Assembly (NCBI GenBank): GCA_026413865.1
Contig: JAOAKB010000003.1
Location: 32,480-96,479 of the forward strand
Reading direction: 5' to 3'
Length of the DNA: 64,000 bases
Source of the DNA: Nitrososphaeria archaeon
GTDB taxonomy: Archaea; Thermoproteota; Nitrososphaeria; JACIWG01
Shown: positions 38,900 through 50,628 of the stretch, piece by piece
Numbering within the stretch: position 1 is the stretch's first letter
Layout: every line of letters starts with the position of its first letter
Position numbers and translations under genes: made by a program
Notes under the pieces: model-generated
Told to the model about the DNA's origin: nothing
What the model saw: only the letters and a program-made list of their open reading frames with translations
The model's database searches: none

Positions 38900-39883
38900 A
38901 TGGCATCATATAAAATAGTTTACCTATCAAAAAAAGAAATAGAGTCAATGTGCATAAATTCTTTAGATATAATGCAATGGGTTGAAACTGCCTTTAAAGA
39001 AAAATATTTTAAGACGGTTGAAATTCCACCGAAACCCGGTATTCATCCATCAAATGGTACATTTATCCATGCGATGCCTGCCTTTATTCAAAAATTTGAT
39101 GCGGTGGGCATAAAATGGATTGCAGGTTCAGCTTTAAATCCATTAAAGAATCTTCCATATCTTACAGGTCTTATAATATTAAATGATCCTGAAACAGGTT
39201 TGCCTATTTCAATTATGGATGCAGCATGGATTACTGCAAAAAGGACTGCTGCTGTTTCAGCAATTTCAGCAAAATATCTTGCTAGAAAGGATTCTGAAAC
39301 TATCTCAATAATAGGTTGTGGTGTGCAAGGTAGGAGTCATTTAGAGTTTTTATCACTGGTATTAAAAAATCTAAAAAAGGTTAGTGTCTTTGACATTGTT
39401 TTTGAAAGGGTATTAGAATTTGAAAATTTTGTGCAAAAAAATTTTGGTTTAGAAGTTCGTAAAAGTAGTTCTCCTGGAGAAGCAGTACAAGGGTCTGATA
39501 TTATTGTAACTGCTACTCCAATACTAAAGAATCCCAAACCTGTTGGAAGAATAGAATGGGTTAAGAACGGTGGGCTTATTGTGCCACTTGAATTTGACAG
39601 TTACTGGTTACCTGAAACTTTTTCTAAAGTTGATAAAATTTATACAGATGATATTGAGCAACTTAAATATTATCAAACATTGGGCCATTTTCCTTCAATA
39701 AAAAAAGTGGATGGTGAGCTTTGTGAGTTAATTGTTGGGAGGATAGAAGGTCGTGTCGATGATAAGGAAAAGATAATGGCTTTAAATTTAGGTCTCGCTA
39801 TATCCGACATTATCGTTGCAAAAAAGATTTATGAAAAAGCTTTAGCTAAAAATTTAGGTTTATCTTTAGAATACAATATGTAA
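38900..39883 (+). CDS. Ornithine cyclodeaminase/mu-crystallin family protein
   Basis: HAMPA, GIKW, ITAKRTAA, GCGVQG, GLAISD. Confidence 0.9.
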   Translation: MASYKIVYLSKKEIESMCINSLDIMQWVETAFKEKYFKTVEIPPKPGIHPSNGTFIHAMPAFIQKFDAVGIKWIAGSALNPLKNLPYLTGLIILNDPETGLPISIMDAAWITAKRTAAVSAISAKYLARKDSETISIIGCGVQGRSHLEFLSLVLKNLKKVSVFDIVFERVLEFENFVQKNFGLEVRKSSSPGEAVQGSDIIVTATPILKNPKPVGRIEWVKNGGLIVPLEFDSYWLPETFSKVDKIYTDDIEQLKYYQTLGHFPSIKKVDGELCELIVGRIEGRVDDKEKIMALNLGLAISDIIVAKKIYEKALAKNLGLSLEYNM

Positions 39884-40040
39884 ATCTCCAATTGTTATAT
39901 GTTTTTTAAAGTTACATAAAATATACTTTTCTAGGGAAACCTGGTTATTTCTGTGATGTTTAGACTAGAGTGGCATTAGAGGTAAGATTGGAAATCTTAA
40001 AACTTAATTATGGTATTAACCCTCATGTCTTAGGCTGAAA

Positions 40041-41138
40041 ATGATCGATAGAAACGAGATTTTAAGTGTTCTTTCAAGATATGATTTGAAAAAAATTTCT
40101 ATAGCCACATTATGTTCCCATTCTTCCCTTCAGATATTTCATGGTGCAAAACGTGAAGGTTTTAGAACTGTTGGTATTTGTTTAGCAGATAGGGTAAAAT
40201 ATTATCAGGCTTTTCCCGAAGCTTTTCCTGATGAGCTTGTAGTCATTGATAACTATAAAGATATTCTTGATGATAGGGTTCAAGAGCAACTTATTGGCTT
40301 AAATTCTATAATAATTGCTCATGGATCATTTGTTGAATATGTTGGTTCAAAAAATATTCTAGACTTATTCTATGTACCAATGTATGGTAATAGACTTGTT
40401 TTAGAATGGGAGGGTGATAGGGAAAAACAGTTTAAGTGGTTTGAAAAAGCTGGATTAAATTTTCCAAGAATATTTAGGAGTCCCGACGAAATCGACACCT
40501 ACGCGTTTGTAAAAGTTTATGGTGCGAGGGGAGGTAGAGGATACTTTAAGGTTAGTAGTAGGGAAGATTTTTATAAAAAGCTTGATGAGAAGATTAAGGC
40601 AGGTTTGATTGGTGAAAATGAGAAGCTTGTTATACAAGAGTTTGTTGCGGGTGTCAGATACTATCCACACTACTTTTATAGTCAAATATATTCTAGAGGT
40701 TTAAAGTTGAGCAAGGGTGGATTAGAACTTTTAAGTATTGATAAAAGAATTGAGCCAATAGATGAAGTGTACAGGGGTTATCCTGACATCATACCCGACT
40801 ACCTTGACTATACTGTAACAGGGAACCAGCCTGTTGTTGTTAGAGAAAGTTTTCTTCCACAAATCTTAGACATGGGTGTAAAACTTGTTGAATCATCAAT
40901 AGAACTCTTCCCTCCTGGTCTTATAGGCCCATTTTGTATTGAAACAGTCTATAATCCTAGAAAAGGTTTCATGGTTTTCGAAGTGTCTGCACGGATTGTT
41001 GCTGGTACAAATCTTTATCCAGAAGGTTCTCCTTATACACCATACTTGTTTAGGGAGCCTATGTCAACAGGTAAAAGAATAGCTATGGATATAAGGGTTG
41101 CTCTAGAAAAGGGTATCATATCCTCTTTAATTTATTAA
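40041..41138 (+). CDS. purP: Formate-dependent AICAR formyltransferase (PurP family, ATP-grasp)
   Basis: CSHSSLQI, HGSFVEY, GARGGRGY, FEVSARIVAGTN. Confidence 0.92.
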   Translation: MIDRNEILSVLSRYDLKKISIATLCSHSSLQIFHGAKREGFRTVGICLADRVKYYQAFPEAFPDELVVIDNYKDILDDRVQEQLIGLNSIIIAHGSFVEYVGSKNILDLFYVPMYGNRLVLEWEGDREKQFKWFEKAGLNFPRIFRSPDEIDTYAFVKVYGARGGRGYFKVSSREDFYKKLDEKIKAGLIGENEKLVIQEFVAGVRYYPHYFYSQIYSRGLKLSKGGLELLSIDKRIEPIDEVYRGYPDIIPDYLDYTVTGNQPVVVRESFLPQILDMGVKLVESSIELFPPGLIGPFCIETVYNPRKGFMVFEVSARIVAGTNLYPEGSPYTPYLFREPMSTGKRIAMDIRVALEKGIISSLIY

Positions 41139-41142
41139 ACAA

Positions 41143-41685
41143 TCATTTTATTAAGTCGTATACGGTTTCCACTATATTTTTGTCTTCTAGTTGTTTAAGT
41201 GTTTCCATCAACTCAATCTTTGTTGTTTCTATGATTTCATCTACTTTATATCCTCTACTCTTGTAGCTTTTAGCCTGTAATATTGTTGAAAGTTTGTCTG
41301 CAAGTTTAACAATCTTTGCCTCCAAACTTTCTCCGTTAGCATATTCTTTAAAAATTTTTCTTATTTCTTCTGAGCCTGTGATTTTCTTGACTGTTTCACA
41401 CTCGATTTCATGCTTTACTTTTTCACTTAATCTTTCAGTTAATGCTTTTGGAGTATCTCCCAAAACTGATTCGCTTAGATCATGAACTAGAGCCATTGTC
41501 AAAACCTTTCCATTATCAACTTTATCATCCAATTTAAAGGCAAATGCTAGTGTAATTAGAGCTACCTCGAAAGTGTGTTCTGCCACTGTTTCTGCATCAT
41601 ATGATGGTATCTCTTTCTGTAACCATCCTGTTCTAGGCATATTTTTTAATATTCTAGTGGCTTTAGTGACTGTTCTTATGTCCAT
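41143..41685 (-). CDS. HD-domain phosphohydrolase (YfbR-like)
   Basis: RTGW, ETVAEH, VHDLSE, ADKL. Confidence 0.9.
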   Translation of the reverse strand: MDIRTVTKATRILKNMPRTGWLQKEIPSYDAETVAEHTFEVALITLAFAFKLDDKVDNGKVLTMALVHDLSESVLGDTPKALTERLSEKVKHEIECETVKKITGSEEIRKIFKEYANGESLEAKIVKLADKLSTILQAKSYKSRGYKVDEIIETTKIELMETLKQLEDKNIVETVYDLIK

Positions 41686-41691
41686 TAAAAT

Positions 41692-41994
41692 CTAGCCTTT
41701 CCATAACCCTAATGCTAACCCAAGTAAAAATGTTAGAGAAGAATAAGGTAATATGTTTATTAGTGGGCTTGCTTCACTCCAAATCTTTGGCAGATATACT
41801 AGTGCTGCCTTAGCTATTTCCTCTAAGCTAGGTAGTTGCATGTATCCTATAATCGCCAAAAATATTAGTAGTATGATAAGTGCTATTACTAACTTTAATG
41901 CCTTTTTGATTATTACACCAACTATCAATCCAATAATAAATGGTGCTATTACTGGAATAATCCATGCATATTCTGGTGGAATAAAATTTACCAT
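41692..41994 (-). CDS. Small membrane protein (FUN14-like)
   Basis: GLIVGVIIKKALK TM pattern; ends FLLGLALGLWKG. Confidence 0.65.
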   Translation of the reverse strand: MVNFIPPEYAWIIPVIAPFIIGLIVGVIIKKALKLVIALIILLIFLAIIGYMQLPSLEEIAKAALVYLPKIWSEASPLINILPYSSLTFLLGLALGLWKG

Positions 41995-42046
41995 AATTCT
42001 AATCTCTTAACATCATGATTTAAATATTTTCTAAGGAATTTAATTT

Positions 42047-42952
42047 TTAGGAAAGCAACTTTTCTATATTAAAATCCTCTATTTTCCATTTTCTTTGCAG
42101 GCTGTATGTTATATGCGGTTTAAATTTTCTTCTCACATTTTCTAGTTTTTCTCCTATAATCTCAATTTTTTCTATGCTTCCTTCCCCTATTCCCGCCTTT
42201 TTTAAATAATGCAAGTATCCTATTTCATCTGGATCAAATCCCATAATATATGCTCCAACTGTGTCGGCTGCAACTGCGTCTGTGCTAGCTATAACTATTC
42301 CCATTTCTACCGGCGTTCCTGAAACTGGGCCGTCTCCTTCCATTGCCAAAAATCCATCTATTATTGCTAATTGTGGCCAAACATATTTTGCGATTTTGTA
42401 AATGTTCAAGTTTATTGCCTTATATCCCTGATGGATTCTATGTTTGTCACCTTGCAATATGCTTCCTACAACCATATTTTTTATTGAGAGGGTTGCAATT
42501 ACTGTGTCATGTGTTTTTAATACGGCTGACGATATTCTATAATCACTTTCTAAGACTTTTTTTGAAATTCTAACTGGAATCTGACTATAGTTGCTGTCAT
42601 AGATCATTACTTCCCTATAATCGTCTTGGTTTAGGTCAAAAAGTTCTATTCTATTTTCTTGTGCAAATTGTGTGTATCCAAAGTTTTTGAATGCTGTAAT
42701 TGTATTGGTTGCAGACCCTTCTACAATAGAAATTTTTCCATTATAATATTGTTTTATGAAATCAAATATTGCCTTAATTGTATCAATGTGTGTGGATGCA
42801 AGTTGTCTGTATGATGACACAAGGTTTGGTTTAATGATCACATTATTTTTTCCATAAATTCCCTCCACTATCTCATCTTTTATGTACTCCAATGCCTTTT
42901 TAACAGTATTATATCTTGTCTGTCCTTTAGCTATTGCTACCCTTTTACCCAT
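42047..42952 (-). CDS. DUF362 domain protein
   Basis: IKPNLV, LKTH, TLSIKNM, IIDG…MEGDGP, DAVAAD. Confidence 0.88.
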   Translation of the reverse strand: MGKRVAIAKGQTRYNTVKKALEYIKDEIVEGIYGKNNVIIKPNLVSSYRQLASTHIDTIKAIFDFIKQYYNGKISIVEGSATNTITAFKNFGYTQFAQENRIELFDLNQDDYREVMIYDSNYSQIPVRISKKVLESDYRISSAVLKTHDTVIATLSIKNMVVGSILQGDKHRIHQGYKAINLNIYKIAKYVWPQLAIIDGFLAMEGDGPVSGTPVEMGIVIASTDAVAADTVGAYIMGFDPDEIGYLHYLKKAGIGEGSIEKIEIIGEKLENVRRKFKPHITYSLQRKWKIEDFNIEKLLS

Positions 42953-42991
42953 TTCCCCCTATAATTGTAGACTGCATTAGTTTATGAAATT

Positions 42992-44119
42992 TTAAAATTT
43001 AAAAAATCTGTTTCGTGTTTTCTCGTACTCTATATTATCTAAACCGAATTCTTTTGCAAGCTCTTGAATTAGTTCCTTTTGTCTTGGTGTAAGCTTCTTT
43101 GGCACTATAACGTTTACCTCTACAATAAGGTCGCCTCTACCTCTTCTATCAAGCCTTGGCATACCTTTTCCATGTAATCTTATAGTTTCTCCAGGTTGGG
43201 TGCCTGGAGGTATCTTAATAATTGTGTTTCCATCTAATGTTGGTATTGTTACTTCTGTACCTAGTACTGCTTGTGGGAAACTGATTTCAAGCTTATAGAA
43301 TATGTCATCTCCTCTTCTTCTAAAATGTTTGTGGGGTGCTATTCTTATTCCAATGTATAAATCTCCAGGTCTTCCTCCATTTGGTGGTATATCACCTTGC
43401 CCTTCTAGTCTCAGCCTGTAACCTTCATCTATTCCTTGAGGTACTTTAACTGTAATCTTTCTCTTACGTTTTGTAACGCCTGTACCTCTACATTCCCTAC
43501 ATGGTGTTTCTATAACTGTACCCTTGCCCTTGCATGCGTAGCATGTAGTAATTTGAACAAATCTAGCAAATCCACTGCTTTGAACCCTCTGTATTTGGCC
43601 AGTTCCTTTACATACATTACATGTTTTTGGAGCTGTTCCCGGGCTTGCACCTGAACCATGGCATGTGTCACATATTTCGTTCCTGTAAATTTCTATCTCT
43701 TTCTCTACACCTTGTGCTGCCTCCTCCAATGTTATCTGAAGTTCATAGTATAAGTCTCTGCCTACATTTTCCCTAACTCTATCCTTTCCAAAGAAGAAGT
43801 CAAATATGTTGTCGAAGTCGAATCCGAATCCTAAGTCCCTAAATATTGATTCAAAATCTGTTCCTCTGAATATATCTTCTGGAGTATATTGTTGCTGGAA
43901 GCCAGCCTGTCCAAGCATATCATATTGTCTTCGCTTTTCATCATCAGATAGTACTGCATATGCTTCAGAAATTTCCTTAAATTTTTCCTCCGCATCAGGT
44001 GACTTGTTCCTGTCTGGGTGATAGAGCATGGCAAGTCTTCTATATGCCTCCCTAATTTGTTCCTTAGTAGCGTTTCTTGGTACACCAAGTATCTCATAAT
44101 AGTCCTTTTTTCCAGACAT
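42992..44119 (-). CDS. dnaJ: Chaperone DnaJ
   Basis: J domain HPD, four CxxCxGxG repeats. Confidence 0.97.
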   Translation of the reverse strand: MSGKKDYYEILGVPRNATKEQIREAYRRLAMLYHPDRNKSPDAEEKFKEISEAYAVLSDDEKRRQYDMLGQAGFQQQYTPEDIFRGTDFESIFRDLGFGFDFDNIFDFFFGKDRVRENVGRDLYYELQITLEEAAQGVEKEIEIYRNEICDTCHGSGASPGTAPKTCNVCKGTGQIQRVQSSGFARFVQITTCYACKGKGTVIETPCRECRGTGVTKRKRKITVKVPQGIDEGYRLRLEGQGDIPPNGGRPGDLYIGIRIAPHKHFRRRGDDIFYKLEISFPQAVLGTEVTIPTLDGNTIIKIPPGTQPGETIRLHGKGMPRLDRRGRGDLIVEVNVIVPKKLTPRQKELIQELAKEFGLDNIEYEKTRNRFFKF

Positions 44120-44237
44120 GCTCTATCACCCTATTTTTAGACGGTATACATTTCCATATCCAATATAATTAAAAGTTTAGGATATCAATTCTAATTTATT
44201 TAAAAACTTATTATTGCTGTGCCCATTTTTTACTTGT

Positions 44238-46097
44238 TTATGTTACCTTATAATCTGTATTTACGGTCTTATCGTCTGGCTGTTTTCCTTGCTCACTTTT
44301 TTGCTGCTTAGCATATTCTGATGCTGCTTGCTGGTATATTATTGTTCCTACTTCCTGTAGTACTTTTCTAAGCTCCTCACGCTTCTGCTTTATCTTTTCT
44401 ATTTCTTTGCCTGAAAGTGCTTCACGTAATTCTGAAACGGCTTTATCAATTTGTTCTTTCTGCTGCTGTGTAAGCTTGTCTCCAAGATCTTTTTTAGTCT
44501 TTTCAGAAGTGTATATTAGTGCTTCTGCATCATTTCTAAGCTCAGCCTCCTCTTTTTTCTTTTTATCTAGTTCAGCGTACTGTTCCGCCTCTTTTATCAT
44601 CTTCTCCTTTTCTTCTTGTGAAAGTTTTGTTGCTGCTGTTATTGTTATCTTTGCCTCTTTTCCTGTTCCCAGGTCTTTTGCAGTAACATGAAGTATTCCA
44701 TTTGCGTCTATATCGAATGTGACTTCTATCTGAGGCACACCTCTTGGTGCTGGAGGTATTCCAGTCAAATGAAACATTCCTAGAGAAATGTTGTCCGCTG
44801 CCATTGCTCTCTCACCTTGTAAAATATGTATTGTTACAGCAGTCTGGAAATCTTCGGCGGTAGTAAATATCTGGCTTCTTCTAGTAGGTATTGGTGTGTT
44901 CCTTTCAATAATTTTAGTGAATATTCCACCTAATGTTTCGACACCCAATGATAATGGTGTAACATCGATTAGAAGTATGTCTTTAACTTCTCCCGTTAAA
45001 ACTGCTCCTTGTATTGCTGCCCCTATTGCAACACATTCCATTGGGTCCACTCCTCTTTCTGGAGATTTTCCTATAATTTTTTCAACAAACCTTTGCACCA
45101 AAGGCATTCTTGTTGTTCCACCAATTAGAATCACTTTATCTATATCCTGAGGTTTAAGTTTAGCATCCTCTATAGCCCTCATAATAGTGTTTCTTGTCCT
45201 CTCTACTATCGGTTCAGCAAGCTCCTCCAGTTTTGCCCTCGTTATTGTCATATGAAGATGTTTTGGCCCTGAAGAATCCACGTATATGAATGGTAGGTCT
45301 ATGTCTGTCTGTAAGAGTGTTGAAAGTTCTATCTTCGCTTTCTCAGCCGCCTCCTTTAGTCTGGCCATAGCCATCTTGTCTCCTCTTAAATCTATTCCAG
45401 TCTGTTTCTTGAATTCTTCAATAATATATGTCATGAGTGCTTGGTCTATGTCTGCTCCACCAGTTTGTGTGTCACCGCTAGTTGAAAGAACCTGGAATAC
45501 TCCTTTACCAAAGTCCATTATTGTAACATCATGTGTCCCTCCTCCAAAACTGAATACTAGAATCTTCATTTCTTTTTCAAGTTTATCTATTCCGTAAGCA
45601 AGGCATGCTGCTGTCGGCTCATTTATTATTCTTAGAACCTCGAATCCAGCAATTTCTGCAGCATCTTTGGTAGCCTGTCTCTGGTTATCGTTAAAGTGTG
45701 CTGGAACAGTTATAACACATTTTTTTATCGGGACTCCAAGGTATGCTTCTGCATCCCTTTTTATCTTCTGTAAGATGAATGCTGAAATCTGCTGGGGTGT
45801 ATACTCTTTTCCAAAAATGTTAACCTTATAGTTGGTGCCCATTTTTCTTTTTATTTCAAATACTGTTCCCTCAGGGTTTATTGTCGCTTGTCTTTTTGCA
45901 GGCTCTCCTACAAGTAGTTGTCCATCTTTTGTAAAGGCTACCACTGATGGAAACATTTTGCCTGCAATTGTAGGTCCCTCCGCACTTGGTATGACAATTG
46001 CTTTACCATTTTCCCATATTGCTGCGGCAGAATTTGTAGTACCTAAATCTATTCCAAGAACCTTTTCACGAACTTGAGTTCCACTCATTTTAATCAC
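44238..46097 (-). CDS. dnaK: Chaperone DnaK (Hsp70)
   Basis: [41 protein letters not shown]. Confidence 0.98.
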   Translation of the reverse strand: MIKMSGTQVREKVLGIDLGTTNSAAAIWENGKAIVIPSAEGPTIAGKMFPSVVAFTKDGQLLVGEPAKRQATINPEGTVFEIKRKMGTNYKVNIFGKEYTPQQISAFILQKIKRDAEAYLGVPIKKCVITVPAHFNDNQRQATKDAAEIAGFEVLRIINEPTAACLAYGIDKLEKEMKILVFSFGGGTHDVTIMDFGKGVFQVLSTSGDTQTGGADIDQALMTYIIEEFKKQTGIDLRGDKMAMARLKEAAEKAKIELSTLLQTDIDLPFIYVDSSGPKHLHMTITRAKLEELAEPIVERTRNTIMRAIEDAKLKPQDIDKVILIGGTTRMPLVQRFVEKIIGKSPERGVDPMECVAIGAAIQGAVLTGEVKDILLIDVTPLSLGVETLGGIFTKIIERNTPIPTRRSQIFTTAEDFQTAVTIHILQGERAMAADNISLGMFHLTGIPPAPRGVPQIEVTFDIDANGILHVTAKDLGTGKEAKITITAATKLSQEEKEKMIKEAEQYAELDKKKKEEAELRNDAEALIYTSEKTKKDLGDKLTQQQKEQIDKAVSELREALSGKEIEKIKQKREELRKVLQEVGTIIYQQAASEYAKQQKSEQGKQPDDKTVNTDYKVT

Positions 46098-46705
46098 CTC
46101 TTAACATCATTTTTATTTATAGATTTAACTGCAACCTTAACTATACTAGGTCTAATGACCCTATCCTTCATAATATATCCTTTTCTAACTTCCTCTAAGA
46201 TTGTTCCTTCCTCTATATCCTCTTTTTCAATTCGCGCTATCACATAGTGTACGTTTGGATCGAACATTTTACCTAATGCCTCTATCTTTTTGACTCCCTC
46301 ATTTTCTAAAATCTTGTTCAGTTTTTTGAGTGTCATCTCTACACCTTCAAGTAAGGTTTTTATAGAATTTGTGTTCTTACCCGCCTCTAAAGCCATTTCA
46401 AGTTCATCCACTATTTCTAAAAGTGATATTATAAAACGTTCATTAGAATATTTTTTTATTTCTTCTATCTCTTTTTCTATTCTTTTTCTAAAGTTTAAGT
46501 AATCTGCTTGAACATATTTTAATCGTGTAAGATATTCTTCAGCTTTCCTTTTTTCCTCCTCCACCTCTTTACGATACAATTCAACTTTATTCTTTAAATC
46601 TTCGATTTCATCCATCTTTTCCTGTATTTTAATAGATTCGGTTTGGTTAACATTCTTTTCTTCTTTCTTCTCTTTCTCACTTTCTCCTTCAACTTTCATA
46701 TACAA
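46094..46705 (-). CDS. grpE: Nucleotide exchange factor GrpE
   Basis: [18 protein letters not shown]…RVIRPSIV. Confidence 0.96.
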   Translation of the reverse strand: MYMKVEGESEKEKKEEKNVNQTESIKIQEKMDEIEDLKNKVELYRKEVEEEKRKAEEYLTRLKYVQADYLNFRKRIEKEIEEIKKYSNERFIISLLEIVDELEMALEAGKNTNSIKTLLEGVEMTLKKLNKILENEGVKKIEALGKMFDPNVHYVIARIEKEDIEEGTILEEVRKGYIMKDRVIRPSIVKVAVKSINKNDVKR

Positions 46706-46911
46706 TCACCTTATAGTATGTTTACTATTAATTAAATATAATCAATAAAGGGTTAAAATGCACATTTTTTTAACTTTACTTTCTATAGTAGAAACGGGTC
46801 TACATTATTTCCTTTTTATTTGTACTATATTCCTTTTCTTCTTAAAAAAAATAATGATTTGAATTTTATCACATTATTCAAAAATATAAAATTTTAGTGA
46901 ATTACTATGTT

Positions 46912-47814
46912 TTACTCTTTTATTAGCTTATATCCTGCTAATTTTTCCATTGCCTTAATCAGCGCTTGTGTTCCTTTTTCTGAAAGTCCTTCTGCCTCAG
47001 CTACTCTGAATATCTGTTGTACGATTGCGGTTCCAGGTAATGGTACATTAAGCTCTGCGGCTGTCTCCAATACTAGTCTTAGATCCTTTTGTTGTGTAGC
47101 TATTTTGAAGCCTGGCTCCATATCTCCTTTAATCATCTTTGGGCCAAGGTTAGATAGCATCCAAGAGTTTGCGGCCCCTCCAGTTAGGACTTCTAGCAGC
47201 TTGTTTAAGTCTAAGCCTGCTTTTGCCGCTAATATTAATCCTTCACATACTCCTTGAAGGTTCATTACACACATTATTTGATTGCAGAGTTTGGTGATTT
47301 GTCCATTGCCATGTGGCCCCATATATGTGACCCTTTTTCCAAGAGCTTGGAAGATTGGAAGGCACTTTTGAAAAGTTTCATAATTTCCTCCAACCATTAT
47401 TGATAAGGTTGCGTTTATTGCCCCTATTTCCCCTCCTGTTACTGGGGCATCAAGCATTTCCACTCCTATTTCAGCAAGTTTTTTTGCAATCTTTTTCGCA
47501 ACTTTAGGCGATATTGTACTCATATCAATCACTATTGACCCCTTTCTAACACCTTCTATTACTCCTGATGGTCCAAGAACAACTTCTTCTACATCAGGCG
47601 AATCCGTTAGCATTGTTATGATAACATTACTTTTTTCTGCAACTTCTTTAGGAGAACCAGCCCCCTCTGCACCCATATCTATAAGTTCATTCATCTTTGA
47701 AGCTGTTCTATTCCATACAGTTAGTTTGAAACCTGCCTTTATCAAATTTTTTGCCATTGGTTTTCCCATTATACCAAGTCCAATAAATCCTATTTTAAAC
47801 TCCAACTTTTTCAC
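46912..47814 (-). CDS. 2-hydroxy-3-oxopropionate (tartronate semialdehyde) reductase / beta-hydroxyacid dehydrogenase
   Basis: GLGIMG, DMSTISP, DAPVTGG, KLCNQ, KDL. Confidence 0.88.
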   Translation of the reverse strand: MKKLEFKIGFIGLGIMGKPMAKNLIKAGFKLTVWNRTASKMNELIDMGAEGAGSPKEVAEKSNVIITMLTDSPDVEEVVLGPSGVIEGVRKGSIVIDMSTISPKVAKKIAKKLAEIGVEMLDAPVTGGEIGAINATLSIMVGGNYETFQKCLPIFQALGKRVTYMGPHGNGQITKLCNQIMCVMNLQGVCEGLILAAKAGLDLNKLLEVLTGGAANSWMLSNLGPKMIKGDMEPGFKIATQQKDLRLVLETAAELNVPLPGTAIVQQIFRVAEAEGLSEKGTQALIKAMEKLAGYKLIKE

Positions 47815-47894
47815 CTTAGTCTAGGTTTATGTTTCTTATTAAAAAGGTTTTAGAAATATTAAAATAATATTTGATTTAAAATTTTGATAAGAGA

Positions 47895-49304
47895 ATGTCC
47901 TCAAAATTGTCTTTTACTATAGAAACTGAAATTTCTCCAATCAATTTCGATTATCTTCTAAAATTTATTGAAGAAAACTATCTTAGGAAGAGGAATATTT
48001 TTAAAGACATTGCATTCTTGGAAGATGGGAGAGGTAAAATCCTCTCGTTTAAGGTCATGGTTGAAGGTTTTTCTTGGTCGATGGACACTTCTATTATTGT
48101 AGGAAATCCGATTTTAGTTGAAATGTATTTAAGTGGTTCTGTTCCTGAAGAATTTGTTTCTAGAATTAAGGAGGATCTCTTTATAAGTGTTCAAGTTTTT
48201 GAGGATAAAGTTAGACAGGCTACACTATACTTTACATGGGTTGAAGGAAAGACAATTGTTCCAGAAAAGGTTTTTTCAAAAAAGAACAATTTTATAATTA
48301 AGGTTTTTTCTGAAAGTATGCTCTTTTTTTTCCTAATTTTCATTTTTGTTAGTGTTTTTCTTTTTATAATCTTTGGACCCTATACACCAATATTCCTAGT
48401 CATGATTCAATTCATTATACTCTTATTCTCTGGAAAGATTGTCTCCTCTATTGGTGATTGGGAAATTACAAAAGATAATCCATATGTCCATATACTACAG
48501 TATCAACTTACACCTGAAGAAGTTGAAAGGATTAAGATCAATCCTAAGATTTTAGCTGAAATTAAAAATGAAGTATATAATTCGACTTTAGCTAAGGGTA
48601 AAAAAGTTGAATGTGAAACGGCTAAAGATATTTTCTTAAAATATGGCTTAAAATGTATGCCTGAAAGCGTTTCTGTTAAAATATTAAATCTTTATGAACT
48701 TGTGGAATATGCATGTAGAAAATTTAATCTGAATACTCCAAAAATTATTGTATCAAACATCACGATTCCAAATGCAGCAGCATCAGGTGTAAGTTCAAGA
48801 TATGGTGTCATGTTAATAACAACAGGTCTCCTTGTACAACTTAATGAGGAAGAAATTTTGACTGTAATTGGACATGAGCTTAGTCATATAAAAGGAAAGG
48901 ATACTGTCGCTTTTTTTACACTCGCTTCAGCAGAATATATTCTTAGAGTATACATACTCTGGCCCTTGGTTATGTTGTTAGGCTTTATATATTTACTATT
49001 AGCTTTCTCTATGGTCTATTTTATTGCAAAATTTTTTGAATCTAAGGCTGACCTAGAATCTGCTATCGTAATAGGTAAACCTAAAGTTTTGGCTGAAGCA
49101 CTAAGGAAAATTGGTTTTAGAAGGCTTGTGCTAGAAAGAGATATATCATTTAGAATCAGGGCATGGCTTGGATTTGACCCTCACCCTCCAATCTACTTTA
49201 GGATAAAACGACTTGAGGAATTAGAAAAGTCTGAAGATATAAAACATCCACTAATAAAATCGATAAAAGATAATGTAAGCGCTTTTGTTTCATTGTTCAA
49301 ATAA
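47895..49304 (+). CDS. M48 (HtpX-like) membrane zinc metalloprotease with N-terminal extension
   Basis: PNAAA, HELSH, ESKAD, HPP. Confidence 0.88.
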   Translation: MSSKLSFTIETEISPINFDYLLKFIEENYLRKRNIFKDIAFLEDGRGKILSFKVMVEGFSWSMDTSIIVGNPILVEMYLSGSVPEEFVSRIKEDLFISVQVFEDKVRQATLYFTWVEGKTIVPEKVFSKKNNFIIKVFSESMLFFFLIFIFVSVFLFIIFGPYTPIFLVMIQFIILLFSGKIVSSIGDWEITKDNPYVHILQYQLTPEEVERIKINPKILAEIKNEVYNSTLAKGKKVECETAKDIFLKYGLKCMPESVSVKILNLYELVEYACRKFNLNTPKIIVSNITIPNAAASGVSSRYGVMLITTGLLVQLNEEEILTVIGHELSHIKGKDTVAFFTLASAEYILRVYILWPLVMLLGFIYLLLAFSMVYFIAKFFESKADLESAIVIGKPKVLAEALRKIGFRRLVLERDISFRIRAWLGFDPHPPIYFRIKRLEELEKSEDIKHPLIKSIKDNVSAFVSLFK

Positions 49305-49341
49305 AATCTTAAAATATGTAATTCTATAGTTTATCTCTAGT

Positions 49342-49773
49342 ATGAGATTATGGTCTATTCATCCCAAATATCTTGACCAGAAAGGGCTTGTGGCTTGCTG
49401 GAGAGAAGGGTTGCTTGCAAAAAAGGTTTTGTTATGTGAGGTAAGAGGATATAAGAATCATCCTCAACTGATACGGTTTAGGGCACAAAAGGATCCAATA
49501 TCTGCTATTAACACCTATCTTTTACATATCTTACTTGAATCACTTAAAAGAGGCTATAATTTTAATAAATACAATATTAGTCCACCATTTTTAGATTATA
49601 CAATACCTGTGACAAAAGGTCAACTAATTTATGAATTTAATCATTTGATGAAAAAGTTGTTTAAGCGTGATAGAAAAAGATATAATAAGTTAATGGAAGT
49701 TATATTTCCAGAACCTCACCCACTATTTAATGTTGTAGAAGGTGATGTAGAGTTCTGGGAAAAGGTTAAATAA
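49342..49773 (+). CDS. Pyrimidine-dimer DNA glycosylase / T4 endonuclease V-like protein
   Basis: MRLWSIHPKYLD…WREGLLA…GYKNHPQL. Confidence 0.88.
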   Translation: MRLWSIHPKYLDQKGLVACWREGLLAKKVLLCEVRGYKNHPQLIRFRAQKDPISAINTYLLHILLESLKRGYNFNKYNISPPFLDYTIPVTKGQLIYEFNHLMKKLFKRDRKRYNKLMEVIFPEPHPLFNVVEGDVEFWEKVK

Positions 49774-49775
49774 TC

Positions 49776-50444
49776 CTATTTTTCTCTAACCTTTTCTACT
49801 TTTTCTCTAAAATTAATCCATCTTTTCTCATATTCTCTACAATATTCTGTATACGCAATTACATGCTTTTTAATTAATTCAAGTTTTGTTTCATCATCCA
49901 TTTTTTCTGCCTTAAAATATGCATAATCCCTGCATTGAAGTTTTCCACCAAACCCGGGAGAAAAGACTATACTAACATTATATTTTATGCTGTATTCCCT
50001 TGCAAGCTCATCTAACATTCTCAAATATCTTGTTGTCCAAGGCAACTTCATCTCCAAATCAATCCATTTCTCACGCTGTCTAAGTTCCTCTATACTTACT
50101 ATAATACATCCTTTTCTAGGTTTCTGATAAAATGTATCCAAAAACTCTTTTAATTCAATATCCGCCTGATCTAAATCGTATGCTGCCCCCTGCAAATCTA
50201 TGGACATATGAGGATAAACTACCACCTCATGCTTTAAACTCTCACTTACTCCTCCAATATATCCAATAGGTCTAACATCATATGGTACACAAATATTCCA
50301 TAAAATATTAAATCTTCGCAAAAAATTTGCATCATCAACCAAAATAAATGTGTCTCCAGTATACTTTATTAAAAAATCCTTCACCTTTTCAATAAACTCT
50401 CTGTCTAAATACATTCTTATCCTTTTCCACAAACCTATAAACAA
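49776..50444 (-). CDS. Hypothetical protein (no recognised family)
   Basis: Long open frame with the purine-rich coding bias of neighbouring genes; start may be the internal Met (MYLDREF). Confidence 0.65.
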   Translation of the reverse strand: MFIGLWKRIRMYLDREFIEKVKDFLIKYTGDTFILVDDANFLRRFNILWNICVPYDVRPIGYIGGVSESLKHEVVVYPHMSIDLQGAAYDLDQADIELKEFLDTFYQKPRKGCIIVSIEELRQREKWIDLEMKLPWTTRYLRMLDELAREYSIKYNVSIVFSPGFGGKLQCRDYAYFKAEKMDDETKLELIKKHVIAYTEYCREYEKRWINFREKVEKVREK

Positions 50445-50551
50445 ACATACTTATAAACAAACTCTCCTCCATTTAAAAAAGATCAATATATTTAACAACG
50501 AATTTTTATGTAAAAAGTTATATATTCAGTTAATTAATCCTCCAAAAATGT

Positions 50552-50628
50552 GCCGCTGTAGCTTAACCCGGTAAAGCGGCTGGCTGTTAACCAGTAGAGT
50601 GGAGGTTCAAATCCTCCCAGCGGCGCCA
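50552..50628 (+). tRNA. tRNA-Asn(GTT), CCA encoded
   Basis: GCCGCTG/CAGCGGC acceptor, GCTGG-CTGTTAA-CCAGT, followed by GCCA. Confidence 0.94.

Noticed and set aside
39925..40000. Small hairpins upstream of purP (CTAGG-GAAA-CCTGG; TAAGAT-N5-ATCTTA) as a ZTP-type riboswitch
   Set aside because: No match to the ZTP consensus, and the likely purP TATA box lies downstream of them
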